Shown here: positions 30,581 to 40,164 of the stretch, one piece after another
Layout of the letters: the number at the start of each line of letters is the position of its first letter
How positions within the stretch are numbered: the stretch's first letter is position 1
DNA from: Armatimonadia bacterium
Lineage (GTDB): Bacteria > Armatimonadota > Zipacnadia > Zipacnadales > UBA11051
Assembly: GCA_039683575.1 (NCBI GenBank)
Contig: JBDKRC010000039.1
Location: 1 to 57,016 of the forward strand
Reading direction: 5' to 3'
DNA: 57,016 nucleotides
Notes under the pieces: generated by a model
Database searches by the model: none
The model's input: only the letters and a program-made list of their open reading frames with translations
What the model was told of the DNA's origin: nothing
Translations under genes and position numbers: made by a program

Positions 30581-31360
30581 ATGGTCTGTGAGAATGAAAA
30601 CCACCGGACTGGTTACGGCGACCGCTACGTTGCCTACCTCGACATAATGGGTTACAGCGAACTGGTTCGCGAAGCCGGGCGAAGCGCAAACCCGATGGCG
30701 ACAATTGACAGGGTTAGGGAAGCGGTCAGCAAGGTTCAGCTCGACCATGGGCGCTTCCACGACTGGGGTGCCCTGGAAGGGGTGACCACAAAGGTCTTCT
30801 CCGACAGCATCATCATTTCCAGCCCCGGCGACCAGAGAGGGTGCTTTGACGCAATCAGGTGGACCATGAACGTCGTGGCTCGCCTAGCGCACAGAGACCT
30901 CTGGCTGAGAGGTGCCATCACGTTTGGCGCCCATTACGACGAAGGTGGTGTTCTGTTCAGTCCGGCGCTGGTGAAGGCCTACGAGATGGAACAGAAGGAT
31001 GCGTTCTACCCACGCGTGTTGGTGACGCAGTCAGTCATTCAGACTTGTCGCGCCGAGCCCGACACCGACCGCCGGGAATGGCTCTTGAGCGCAATCCAAC
31101 GGGACCACGACCGAGCATACTTCCTGAACTACCTCGCCCTAATCATGCCGGGAGCCATCCGGCAATCGGATGAACACCAGTTGCTCTGGACGCACAAGGC
31201 ACACATCGAGGACCGCCTTAAGAAGCACCGCAATCAGCCACGCATCGCAGCGAAATATGGATGGCTGGCGGACTACCATAACCGATTCTGCGAACGTGCG
31301 CTGGATGATGAGGGCGCCCGGACGTACCTCATCAAGGAGAGCCTCAAGTGGGAGAAGTAG
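30581..31360 (+). CDS. Class III nucleotide cyclase-like protein
   Basis: VAYLDIMGYSEL, FSDSII, LRGAITFG, ALVKAYEME, YPRVLV. Confidence 0.6.
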   Translation: MVCENENHRTGYGDRYVAYLDIMGYSELVREAGRSANPMATIDRVREAVSKVQLDHGRFHDWGALEGVTTKVFSDSIIISSPGDQRGCFDAIRWTMNVVARLAHRDLWLRGAITFGAHYDEGGVLFSPALVKAYEMEQKDAFYPRVLVTQSVIQTCRAEPDTDRREWLLSAIQRDHDRAYFLNYLALIMPGAIRQSDEHQLLWTHKAHIEDRLKKHRNQPRIAAKYGWLADYHNRFCERALDDEGARTYLIKESLKWEK

Positions 31361-31441
31361 GGGCGCGTTCGCGATGACTGGCCATTGGTGCTTTGGTTCG
31401 GTAGACGAATGGGACGGCGCCGACAGACACGGGAGGAAAGC

Positions 31442-32842
31442 ATGTTCAGTCCGCAGCCGAAATACGTGACGCTGTTTGACAAGATTCAGATTCGCGACTT
31501 CTACGAGTACGCCGACGACTTCGTGGTGCGCCCTCCGTACCAGCGGAAGAATGTGTGGACTACCAAGAAGCAGCAGGCCCTGCTCGACAGCCTTATCAGA
31601 CGCTACTACGTTCCACGCATCGTTATCCGCGAGGTGCGACTGGGGGAGCAGGATGTCAAGAAGGAAATCATTGACGGTCAGCAGCGCATCCACACCGTCC
31701 AGAGGTTCTTCCGCGATGAGCTTCCGCTGCCTGGTACACTGAAGGATGTATCAAAGGAGCTTCCGCACAAGCGCTACAGCGAACTGCCATCTCCGGTCAG
31801 GAAGTTCATCGACAAGGAGTTGTCGTTTGACGTGGACATCGTCAAGAGCATCGACAACCCGAAGGACCGGGACCATCAGAGCACAGCAGCCACCATCTTT
31901 TGGCGGCTTCAACAGGGCGAGTCTCTGAATTTCATGGAGATTGCCCACTCGCTGCTCTCTAGCCTTACACGCAACTTCGTGGTGAAGTACGCCGACGACA
32001 TCTCGTTCGACTATGTCTCGTACCAGCCTCTGGATGGCAATCCGACAAGACATCCGTTCTTTGCGCTGCTAAACCGCAGCAATGACCGGATGCAGCATCT
32101 GTCTTTGCTGGCGCGTCTTCTGATGCTTGAGTTCGAGGATGGACCGGCTGACATCAGAGATGTGAACCTCAGCGAGTTCATCGAGAAGTACCAGCGCGAG
32201 GACGGCATCGGCAACGTCGAGCTTGAGAGTGACGTGCGTGCGCAGCAAGTGCTCTCGTGCCTTACGGACTTCTGCAACATATTCAAAGGCGACCCTATGG
32301 TCGAGAAGGGGGAGCCGGTCCGGGAGCTTCGCATCGAGTACTTCATCCTGTCATTTGTCTTCTTGCTCCGCCACATGCGCAAGTACTACGCGCTTGAGCC
32401 AAGCCACCGTGCCGCGTTCAGGGAGTTCTTGTACCAGTTCCATCAGGACTGGAGCGACAACAACAGTCAGGACCCGGCAATGCTACTGTTCCAGAAGAGC
32501 CGTCAGCAGGGGAAGCAGAACGTCGAGGTCAGGCACCGCGTCCTGCGGGAGAAGTTCTTCAGATACCTGGAAGACCGGGGCCTACCCATACGAGTGAAAG
32601 ACCAACAGCGGACGTTCAGTGAAGCGCAACGTCTCTTCATCTATCGGCGCGACGAGGGGCTCTGCCAGCAGTGCTTGGCGGAGGGCAAGAATCGCCAGGA
32701 GGCGCGGGTGGCTTGGGCTGACTATGAGGCCGACCATGTGCTTCCACACTCAAAGGGCGGACCGACGGAGGAGGCAAATGGCCAGGTGTTGTGTTCGCTG
32801 CACAACAGCCTCAAGGGTGCGTGCATGCCCGCCGGTGACTGA
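31442..32842 (+). CDS. DUF262 (GmrS-like) plus HNH endonuclease; GmrSD-like
   Basis: PYQRKNVW and IIDGQQR; C-terminal CQQC...ADHVLPHSKGG...NGQVLCSLHN. Confidence 0.85.
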   Translation: MFSPQPKYVTLFDKIQIRDFYEYADDFVVRPPYQRKNVWTTKKQQALLDSLIRRYYVPRIVIREVRLGEQDVKKEIIDGQQRIHTVQRFFRDELPLPGTLKDVSKELPHKRYSELPSPVRKFIDKELSFDVDIVKSIDNPKDRDHQSTAATIFWRLQQGESLNFMEIAHSLLSSLTRNFVVKYADDISFDYVSYQPLDGNPTRHPFFALLNRSNDRMQHLSLLARLLMLEFEDGPADIRDVNLSEFIEKYQREDGIGNVELESDVRAQQVLSCLTDFCNIFKGDPMVEKGEPVRELRIEYFILSFVFLLRHMRKYYALEPSHRAAFREFLYQFHQDWSDNNSQDPAMLLFQKSRQQGKQNVEVRHRVLREKFFRYLEDRGLPIRVKDQQRTFSEAQRLFIYRRDEGLCQQCLAEGKNRQEARVAWADYEADHVLPHSKGGPTEEANGQVLCSLHNSLKGACMPAGD

Positions 32843-32860
32843 GAGTTGGCGCGGACACCG

Positions 32861-34363
32861 CTATATGTAGTACTTGAAGTTTGGCCGTCCCTTCGCGTTG
32901 GCGTCGTTAGTGACGAGTATCTCGCCAACCGCATCCGAGAAACGGATTGTGACGGGTTCCCCGGCGCCCAGCTTGCAGGCGTTGTAGTCCAGCTTGGTGA
33001 GAGCCAGCACGTCAGAGGCTACGGTGTCGAGGTCTGCCTCCCCGTGCTGGATGTCTATGCGAAGCGGGTTCGGGACCTCGAATCCGTCGTAGGTCCCCAG
33101 CCGCGGCTTGAATCCAGATGCCCATAGTAGACAACTCCGGTCGCTAGTGCGCCAGCACGTGCCACGCACGACGGGGTGAGTTCCTTGGCGGTACAGCTTC
33201 AACCCGCCGTGCTCGCCTTGAACTCTCACAGCGACTACTTTGACGCCTGGAGGGCACGCGGATAGGAAGCCGTTCCATTCCTCGTCATCGATACCTGAGC
33301 GAGCGTGGATGAACACCTCGTCAATGGGGCTACCATGCATCTCCTGGTGTGTCTTCAGCGTTCCTGCCAGGAGACTGGCTGCAGCGCTGCCGCTGACGTG
33401 GAACTGCCTCGTCTCGGCAGACCACCAAGGCCCGGTCTCCCCGATGAAAACAATGCCATCACCGTTGTCAACGAACATCAGAGCCGCACAGCATGCTGTC
33501 TTGTCGTCGGCGGCCCTGCCAGTGCGCCGGTATGACATGCCGAGATAGCAGACGCCTGGCCTGGGCGCAGCCAAACGCCACGGCTTGCCGCCGCACTTGT
33601 AGTACAGCGTGGTAGACAGATTCCACATCCTGTCGCACATAGGCGTGAGCCCACGACTGGTGTCCTCATCCGTGAGAGCCAGAGTTGACTGTCGCACTAT
33701 CTGGATTGGCATGCCATAGTCCATAGCCCGGAGCTTGAGTTGCCGCCGAAAGTCACGCGACCGCTTGTACCAGACGGCATCGTAGTCCTCGAACAGATTC
33801 AGAGCACCGGCACGTCTCTGCGATAGGTCACGCCGAGATACCGCTGTCCCCACGGCGTCGGCAACTCCTGACTCAGGGCGACAGTAGAGCCAGACATCGT
33901 CCGGCACGACACAGACTGCGACCCCAAACGACTCGTCACGCCGCCGTGCCACCTCAAGGCCTCCCAGATAGAGTTGCACAGTATCGTTGGCGCGCTTGTG
34001 GGGGTCGGCCTGATGGCAAGCGGCATCCAGGGATGCCGAATCCACTGTGTATGTCCACCCAGCGGCCCCAGGCCACTGTGCCTGGAAGGCTGCCTCAAAG
34101 CCCGGCCAGGGCTGCCACAGTCGTTGGTTGTACTTGGCCGCATCGGCCACCACAGGTCTGGACACCATTGCGGCCCATCTAGAGTATGCCTCCTGACCAT
34201 CTGGTGTGCCGATGACCGCGTAAGTGATGCCGGATGGCCGCGCCGGCGAATCCGCGTCGTACGGTCCAAAGAGCGCCAGGCCGTCGCGAGGATGCTCTGT
34301 CTGCTGCAGATACCTGAACTGAAGATGGGGCTCGGACAATGCGGAGAGCGAAGACTTGGACAT
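32861..34363 (-). CDS. Short prokaryotic Argonaute (MID-PIWI), SPARTA type
   Basis: 500 aa with no N/PAZ domains; HPRDGLALFGP, WNLSTTLYYKCGGKPW, CYLG, GETGPWW, LTKLDYNAC, PVTIRFSDAVGEIL and C-terminal FKYYI. Confidence 0.92.
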   Translation of the reverse strand: MSKSSLSALSEPHLQFRYLQQTEHPRDGLALFGPYDADSPARPSGITYAVIGTPDGQEAYSRWAAMVSRPVVADAAKYNQRLWQPWPGFEAAFQAQWPGAAGWTYTVDSASLDAACHQADPHKRANDTVQLYLGGLEVARRRDESFGVAVCVVPDDVWLYCRPESGVADAVGTAVSRRDLSQRRAGALNLFEDYDAVWYKRSRDFRRQLKLRAMDYGMPIQIVRQSTLALTDEDTSRGLTPMCDRMWNLSTTLYYKCGGKPWRLAAPRPGVCYLGMSYRRTGRAADDKTACCAALMFVDNGDGIVFIGETGPWWSAETRQFHVSGSAAASLLAGTLKTHQEMHGSPIDEVFIHARSGIDDEEWNGFLSACPPGVKVVAVRVQGEHGGLKLYRQGTHPVVRGTCWRTSDRSCLLWASGFKPRLGTYDGFEVPNPLRIDIQHGEADLDTVASDVLALTKLDYNACKLGAGEPVTIRFSDAVGEILVTNDANAKGRPNFKYYI

Positions 34364-34366
34364 GGC

Positions 34367-35722
34367 CTATTCACCCCCATTCGGGTCGTCATTGGCCCCC
34401 GCAGGCAGCCAACTAAGCTCCGACAAGCTCCGCTTGGGTGGCGTCCCCCAACCTAACGGGGCCTGTAGAGCTTCCCCGCAAGTGCTCAGTATGACCTGAC
34501 TGCCGTCACTTGGCCCGAGAGCTATCTGGTCTTGCCCGTCGGCCAGTAGAGACATAACGGCCAGTTGGCGCATCAACCACTGGTGGTTCCACCAATTCTT
34601 GCATATGGACTTCCTGCGGGCGTTCGCGCTGTGATGGGACAGAGGCTGACCGCCCGCATCCGCAATACGCAGTCCGACTTTGAGCAGGGCGGCGGGTGCA
34701 TCCAATATGTCGCGCCGAATGCGGAAGTTGAAACCAAGGTTGTAAGTGAACTGGCCGTTGCCGAAACGGCGCTGGCCTTTTGTGTCGATGTACGTTTTCC
34801 GACCGTCGTGCCTCGCAAAACGGATTCTGTTGTCTGGCAACAGCCCATCTGGAACGTAGTAAAGCTCCGCCTCTCTATCCCATCTGAGGTGCCGCCGGAG
34901 GCAGACACTTCGCAGGACCAGCCAAAGCAGCCTCGCAACCGCATGCTGGGCGTCTACGCCGCCCAACAGCTTGCCCTCCTGCCATGGCACGGCGCCCTCG
35001 ACCTTCCACGACAGTCCCATCTCCTCAGGTGGCGGCCAGAATGCGAGACGGACAACGTTGCTGAGCTTGCGGCTTGGCCAGAGTGCCGTCACTCTCAACT
35101 CATCGTTCTCGTCTATCGGGTCAATGCGGTACTGATTGAGCCACGGGGGAACCGTGACGAAGCGATAGCAGTTCGAGTAGAGCACTTCAGGCTGAACGGT
35201 TGCGGGATGTGCCGGCAGGAACGCGCTTGCGGCTATGGTGCGGCCATTCTGAGCGTAAGGGCGAGGAGCTTCTATCTTGGCAAGTTTCGAGAGCAATTGC
35301 GCGAGCCCCCCGCTCCAGCTTTCATGGAACGGGATGAACGTTAGGTCGGAGGTCATCCAGTCAAGCTCCGTGGGTTTGAGACCTTCGGCATTCAGCGGGA
35401 TGAGGAAATCCTCCTTCCTCTCCTTCGCGAGGTTCAGCGCTGTTGTACGCTCTTTCTTGGGGTTCTCCTTGCTGAGCGAGACGTGGGACATCACAGCCAG
35501 AACGCGGAACGTCCGGTTCTTGATGGCGTAGTCGATATCGCTCGGGTAGCTCTCTCCTCCGAGCAACTTGAGGTGGTCTATCCATACTGCATAGCCCTCA
35601 GAGACGAGCTTCAGGGCGAGCCAGTGTGCGAGGGGCGCATCTTCCCACGCGTAACTGATGAACAAGTGGTCGCGGGTCACCGTTGGTTCCACAAGCACGT
35701 ACCCCCAATGGAGAGCTGTCAA
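34367..35722 (-). CDS. TIR-APAZ effector of a SPARTA system
   Basis: RDHLFISYA...WLALKLVSEGYAVWID TIR domain; C-terminal ARRKSICKNWWNHQW; directly upstream of the short pAgo. The true start may be a few codons downstream. Confidence 0.9.
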   Translation of the reverse strand: MTALHWGYVLVEPTVTRDHLFISYAWEDAPLAHWLALKLVSEGYAVWIDHLKLLGGESYPSDIDYAIKNRTFRVLAVMSHVSLSKENPKKERTTALNLAKERKEDFLIPLNAEGLKPTELDWMTSDLTFIPFHESWSGGLAQLLSKLAKIEAPRPYAQNGRTIAASAFLPAHPATVQPEVLYSNCYRFVTVPPWLNQYRIDPIDENDELRVTALWPSRKLSNVVRLAFWPPPEEMGLSWKVEGAVPWQEGKLLGGVDAQHAVARLLWLVLRSVCLRRHLRWDREAELYYVPDGLLPDNRIRFARHDGRKTYIDTKGQRRFGNGQFTYNLGFNFRIRRDILDAPAALLKVGLRIADAGGQPLSHHSANARRKSICKNWWNHQWLMRQLAVMSLLADGQDQIALGPSDGSQVILSTCGEALQAPLGWGTPPKRSLSELSWLPAGANDDPNGGE

Positions 35723-36042
35723 GCCGCACCGTTCCCTGGTGCAGCCTGCACATGATACACCTTCAGTTCCGAACTTTCCAACAGGACGGCATCATCCTGG
35801 TGGACAGGTGGCCCATGAGCATTCGGGTCTTGTTCTTCACCCCTCAAGTATGGCATTCTCCCGCTCGACGACAGGAGTCACCTGGGTCCGACCTCGCCCC
35901 GGCGCATTCAGTGCCCCCAGGGTGAAGGTGCAGGCGCCCAAGAGCCAAGCTCCAGGTTCGTCACCAGAACCGTAGAGCCAGCCGGCGGTGGACGCCCTTG
36001 CCCCTGCCAACAAGGTAACGGGAACGAAGGGAGAATGAGAAG

Positions 36043-37548
36043 GTGGAAAGGCTAACTGGGAAGGACGCGGAGCAGATGCTCCAAGCAGTACGTGAACACG
36101 ACGGGGCCAGACTGCAGAGCCTCGTGGCGGGTGGGCTATCGCCCAACGTCTGTAGCGAGATGGGTGAGACGCCATTGGGATTGGCCGTCTACGCTGACGA
36201 CGCGGAGATGGTCAGTCTGCTGCTGGCTTCAGGCGCCTCGCCTGGGCAGGAGCACATGGACATGGGGCTGCCGCTGGACATCGCGGCCTCACGGGGGCGC
36301 CTGCCGGTTCTCAAGGCACTCTTGGATGCGGGCCTGAACCCCAATGACGGGACGTTGGGCCACCCGCTGCTGACAGCCGTCAGGAACGGACAGAGCGGCG
36401 CCTCCTGGTTGCTTCTGGCCTATGGCGCCGACCCCAACGCCGCCGGCGCGGATGGGCTAGCGCCGCTTCACTACGCGGCGATGCGCGACGCGCGAGAGAC
36501 GGTGGCCGTACTGCTGCAGAACGGGGCGTCGCCTGACGCCCGCACGACAGGGGGAGCTCCCCCCCTGCATGTCGGCGCGATGGCCAATGCTATCCGTGTG
36601 CTCGCGCTACTGAAGGACGGTGGCGCGAATCTGAACGCGCTTGCGGTCACACTGGACGAGGGTGTCATGCAGCAGTGCGCATCGCTCGGATGCTCTACGC
36701 TTTGCAGTCATCCGTTGACGGCGTCCTGCATCACGGGCGGTGCCGCCAACGCTGACAGGTGGCAGGAGCACGGGCTCGGGTTCAGTGCCCTACACTACGC
36801 TGCTGCGTCTGGGGCGACCGACGCCATCGAGTACCTCTGCGCAGCCGGCGCGGACAGGACGGCGGGAACGTTCGCTTCGCCGGTGGCGGGCAGTCTGGCC
36901 GAATATCCGGGGCTTGCCCTGCCGACGCCGCTGCATCTGGCGGTTGCGGCCGGAGAACTGCCTGCAGTTGCTGCCCTCGTGTCACACGGCGCTGACATGA
37001 ACGCGAGAAGCCATCCGCGTCTCGCCCTGGCACCGCCCTGCCGCGACTGTGGCTTCCCTGTATCCAGCCCGCTGCAATGGGCAGTGAAGCTCGGGCAGCA
37101 CAAGATTGCCTGGTTCTTGCTGGAGCGCGGAGCCCCCGCCAGCCCGCTTGGCTCGGATGCCTGGGGTGCTGCGCCGGTCAGGCCGCTGTACTCGGCAGTC
37201 ATGGCCGGCGATGACGACATGGCGCGGCTGCTCATCCGGCACGGTGCAAACCCGAATGACTGGCGGGATAAGGGGGACGCCGAGGCCAGCAAAGCCCCTG
37301 AGACGCTCACACCGCTTCACTGGGCTGCTGCCAAGGGTGACCTGAGCTTCGCCCTGACACTCCTGGCGCATGGAGCGGACATCAACGCTGGTGCCGCTCA
37401 TCGCTCTACGCCCACACCGCTGGATTGTGCCTTGGCACAAGGGCACGAGGAGATGGCTGAGGTTCTCAGGGAGCATGGTGCATCCGCGTCGCTGGGCCTG
37501 GATGACTGCCCGGCTGGCGAGACGACCAAAGGGGGCTCATCATGTTGA
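36043..37548 (+). CDS. Ankyrin repeat protein with Cys-containing inserts
   Basis: Multiple TPLHxA...GADxN repeats. Confidence 0.88.
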   Translation: MERLTGKDAEQMLQAVREHDGARLQSLVAGGLSPNVCSEMGETPLGLAVYADDAEMVSLLLASGASPGQEHMDMGLPLDIAASRGRLPVLKALLDAGLNPNDGTLGHPLLTAVRNGQSGASWLLLAYGADPNAAGADGLAPLHYAAMRDARETVAVLLQNGASPDARTTGGAPPLHVGAMANAIRVLALLKDGGANLNALAVTLDEGVMQQCASLGCSTLCSHPLTASCITGGAANADRWQEHGLGFSALHYAAASGATDAIEYLCAAGADRTAGTFASPVAGSLAEYPGLALPTPLHLAVAAGELPAVAALVSHGADMNARSHPRLALAPPCRDCGFPVSSPLQWAVKLGQHKIAWFLLERGAPASPLGSDAWGAAPVRPLYSAVMAGDDDMARLLIRHGANPNDWRDKGDAEASKAPETLTPLHWAAAKGDLSFALTLLAHGADINAGAAHRSTPTPLDCALAQGHEEMAEVLREHGASASLGLDDCPAGETTKGGSSC

Positions 37549-37655
37549 ATCGCGGACATGGAACCGACAATACCGGCGCCGTGAGGATGCCGAACAGCCA
37601 GCGCGCTGGCGCGGTGTGCCGGTGCCTTCAAACACAACTCAAGGGTGGGATGGAA

Positions 37656-38756
37656 ATGCGTATGATGCGAATGTGGATGCTGTTGCTGGTCGGTGTAGCA
37701 GGCCAGTGTCTGACTTTGCCTGCCGTGGCTGACGGCGAAGCCTATATGTTCGTGCGCCTGTTCGGGCTCCCCAACACCGGGCGACTCCCGACCAAAGGAT
37801 ACTTCTACCATCCCGAGACCATCGCCGTCGATGTGGATGGCAATGTGTATGTGGGAGACGGCCCGGACCCGGCGACGCGCAGCCTCCAGAAGTTCACGAG
37901 CGAGGGCAGGCCGGTCTGGATGGTCACGACTTACTACGACCCCGGCACTCAGACGAAGGAATCACTGGACTGGCCGTCGGGCATCGCAGTGACCAAGGAG
38001 GGCGACATCTATGCGTGCACGGGGAAGGCATTCGTTCGATTCAGCAAGGACGGTCAATGCACGGGAGCTACCAAATGCATTGGCATGGACGTGGCAATCG
38101 ACGACGCGGGCAACCTGTATACGCTCTACCCCCGGCTCGTGACGAAGTACGCGGCGTCGGGTGGCCAGAGCAGGTACCAGGGCGACTTCGTCAATGGCGA
38201 TGGCGACCGAGGCCTACGTGGGGCACGGGGGATAGCAGCGGCCCCGGACGGGTGTGTCTACATCGCCGATGCCGACAACCCCAACCCGGAAGGTCTCGGT
38301 GCCAACCGCATCATCAAGCTTGCACCGGACGGACAGGTGATGGGTTGGCTCGGAAAGAGCATATGGGTTGAGCAGTATGCTGTAGATTCCGGCTTGGTAA
38401 TGGGCGACCGACGGCCTGGGACCATTGGTTGGCACAAGGCAACAGGGTCCTACCATGCGCGCATGTCGTGGCCGGAACTGAGTTGCGCCGGAACCGAGGA
38501 GGGCGCTTTTCGTGGCCCACGAGGTCTGGCCGTGGATGCTGAAGGGAACCTGTTCGTCGCCGACACCCGCAATTCTCGCATCCAGAAGTTCGACCGCAAC
38601 GGCCAGTTCGTCACGGCTTGGGGCGAAAGAGGTGCCGGGGACGGCGAGTTCGTCGCACCAGTGGACATTGCTGTTGACGCGGCTGGCAGTGTCTACGTAG
38701 TGGATGCGGAGCGGGCCTGCGTGCAGGTCTTCGCCAAGGGCAAACAGCAGGAGTAG
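37656..38756 (+). CDS. Secreted NHL-repeat beta-propeller protein
   Basis: Signal peptide; PRGLAVDAEGNLFVADTRNSRIQKFD-type repeats. Start uncertain (37542-37665). Confidence 0.85.
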   Translation: MRMMRMWMLLLVGVAGQCLTLPAVADGEAYMFVRLFGLPNTGRLPTKGYFYHPETIAVDVDGNVYVGDGPDPATRSLQKFTSEGRPVWMVTTYYDPGTQTKESLDWPSGIAVTKEGDIYACTGKAFVRFSKDGQCTGATKCIGMDVAIDDAGNLYTLYPRLVTKYAASGGQSRYQGDFVNGDGDRGLRGARGIAAAPDGCVYIADADNPNPEGLGANRIIKLAPDGQVMGWLGKSIWVEQYAVDSGLVMGDRRPGTIGWHKATGSYHARMSWPELSCAGTEEGAFRGPRGLAVDAEGNLFVADTRNSRIQKFDRNGQFVTAWGERGAGDGEFVAPVDIAVDAAGSVYVVDAERACVQVFAKGKQQE

Positions 38757-38948
38757 CAGCGAGTGGTGGTTGGTTGCCGGTCCCGCCCGGCAGGCGGTTG
38801 GGGTCTGCGGCCCCAGACCCCGCGCAGCACAGCCCGGCTCTTTGCCGGGCTGTGCTGTCCACGGCGTACAACTGTGATGAGGTTGTCAAGGTTCACGGAA
38901 CGCTCGGCTACCCCGCAGCGGGAGGACCGAGTTGATGGCTGCTCAAGC

Positions 38949-39746
38949 TCATGGCATCGGTGCCTGCCCAGGCATTTCGCTGCCCTGGTTCGCCAACGGG
39001 ATTCCGAACAAGACCGGCGGAGCAGGAGTGGCCAGCACACGTAGAGCGTTGACAGCGTTGTCCTTGTTCTTCCAGGCGACAACGTAGCCAGCCTGGGACA
39101 GTTCACGTTCGATGCTCTCCGGGCCGCCAGTGACGCGGGCCCACTCTCTCGCCCCCTTCGGCCTTTCTGGCCTTGCCGGACGCAGTGAGATGTTCTGGCT
39201 GCATCCGATGCGTCGACCTACTTGGTCATCGAGCTTGCTCGCCGCGTTACCGGCGAAGTACTTCCAGGCGGCCATCTCCTTTCGGACGGCGCTTGGCCTG
39301 ACGCTGCCTCCGAGGTCGCTGCTCTTGGCCCACAACGCTCGCAGGTGCGACACCGGGAGGAAGTGGCCCCCGACTGTCATCACGTGAGCATGCGGGTAGC
39401 CGTTCCGGTGTTTGCCAATGACCCAGGCATACGCCACAACCTGCGAGCTCTTCTGGTGCTTGAGCCGGCGGCAGAAGGCCTGCACGGCAGGGCCTATCTG
39501 AGCCCAGGCTGTCTCGCGGTCCACGTGCTTCTGCGCGAAGGTGCAGGAAAGGAAGCGGACCCTGTGACTTGCGCCCACCTCTCGGGTCAGCGCCGCTGCA
39601 GTCGTGGCAAGTGAGATGGCTGTCTCATGGGCCTTCTTCTGGCCACACCTGGGGCACGTCCACTTCTGGCAATACCGGGGTCGGACTTTGACGGCCAAGC
39701 CGTCGTTGCTGAACTTCACCTCGTAGTACTTGGGACATCTTGACAT
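38949..39746 (-). CDS. HUH-endonuclease rolling-circle replication initiator / relaxase-like protein
   Basis: N-terminal C-x4-CPRC, motif I FLSCTF, motif II YPHAHVM, motif III WKYF; GAGGT RBS. Confidence 0.75.
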   Translation of the reverse strand: MSRCPKYYEVKFSNDGLAVKVRPRYCQKWTCPRCGQKKAHETAISLATTAAALTREVGASHRVRFLSCTFAQKHVDRETAWAQIGPAVQAFCRRLKHQKSSQVVAYAWVIGKHRNGYPHAHVMTVGGHFLPVSHLRALWAKSSDLGGSVRPSAVRKEMAAWKYFAGNAASKLDDQVGRRIGCSQNISLRPARPERPKGAREWARVTGGPESIERELSQAGYVVAWKNKDNAVNALRVLATPAPPVLFGIPLANQGSEMPGQAPMP

Positions 39747-40164
39747 GGCTGACCTCACTGAATACTTAGCCGTGTATTACGGCGTCAAGCTAAGAGAGCC
39801 GCGTTGCCCGTGGCATCCTCGGGAGGAGGACTGGGCGGCATTTCTCTTCCAATCTTGCCTATAGCATCAGTTCTTCCGATTCTTCGTCTCGCGCCAAAAA
39901 TAGTCTGACGGCGCGCCACGGAGACAGGAGCTTTCGTTCGGGTGCGGAAACTGCAATGCACCAGCAGTGGTCACCTGGCGCTGTGGCCCCCAGTCAAGTG
40001 AGGCAGGTAGAGGCCGCACCAGCAGATAGTCTTCTGCGGGTTGCCCTACCGTGAAGCCTGCCTTGCCCACGACAGTCTTGGGGCCGAAGTTGGCACTGGA
40101 GGACATCGTCGGGGTGACTGGACAACTGAAGCTGTTCGGAGCACAGTCTTGAAGGGGGCGCACC

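Noticed and set aside
30581-31360. Canonical Pycsar or CBASS
   Set aside because: No cNMP-binding, SAVED or STING effector and no CD-NTase motifs nearby.
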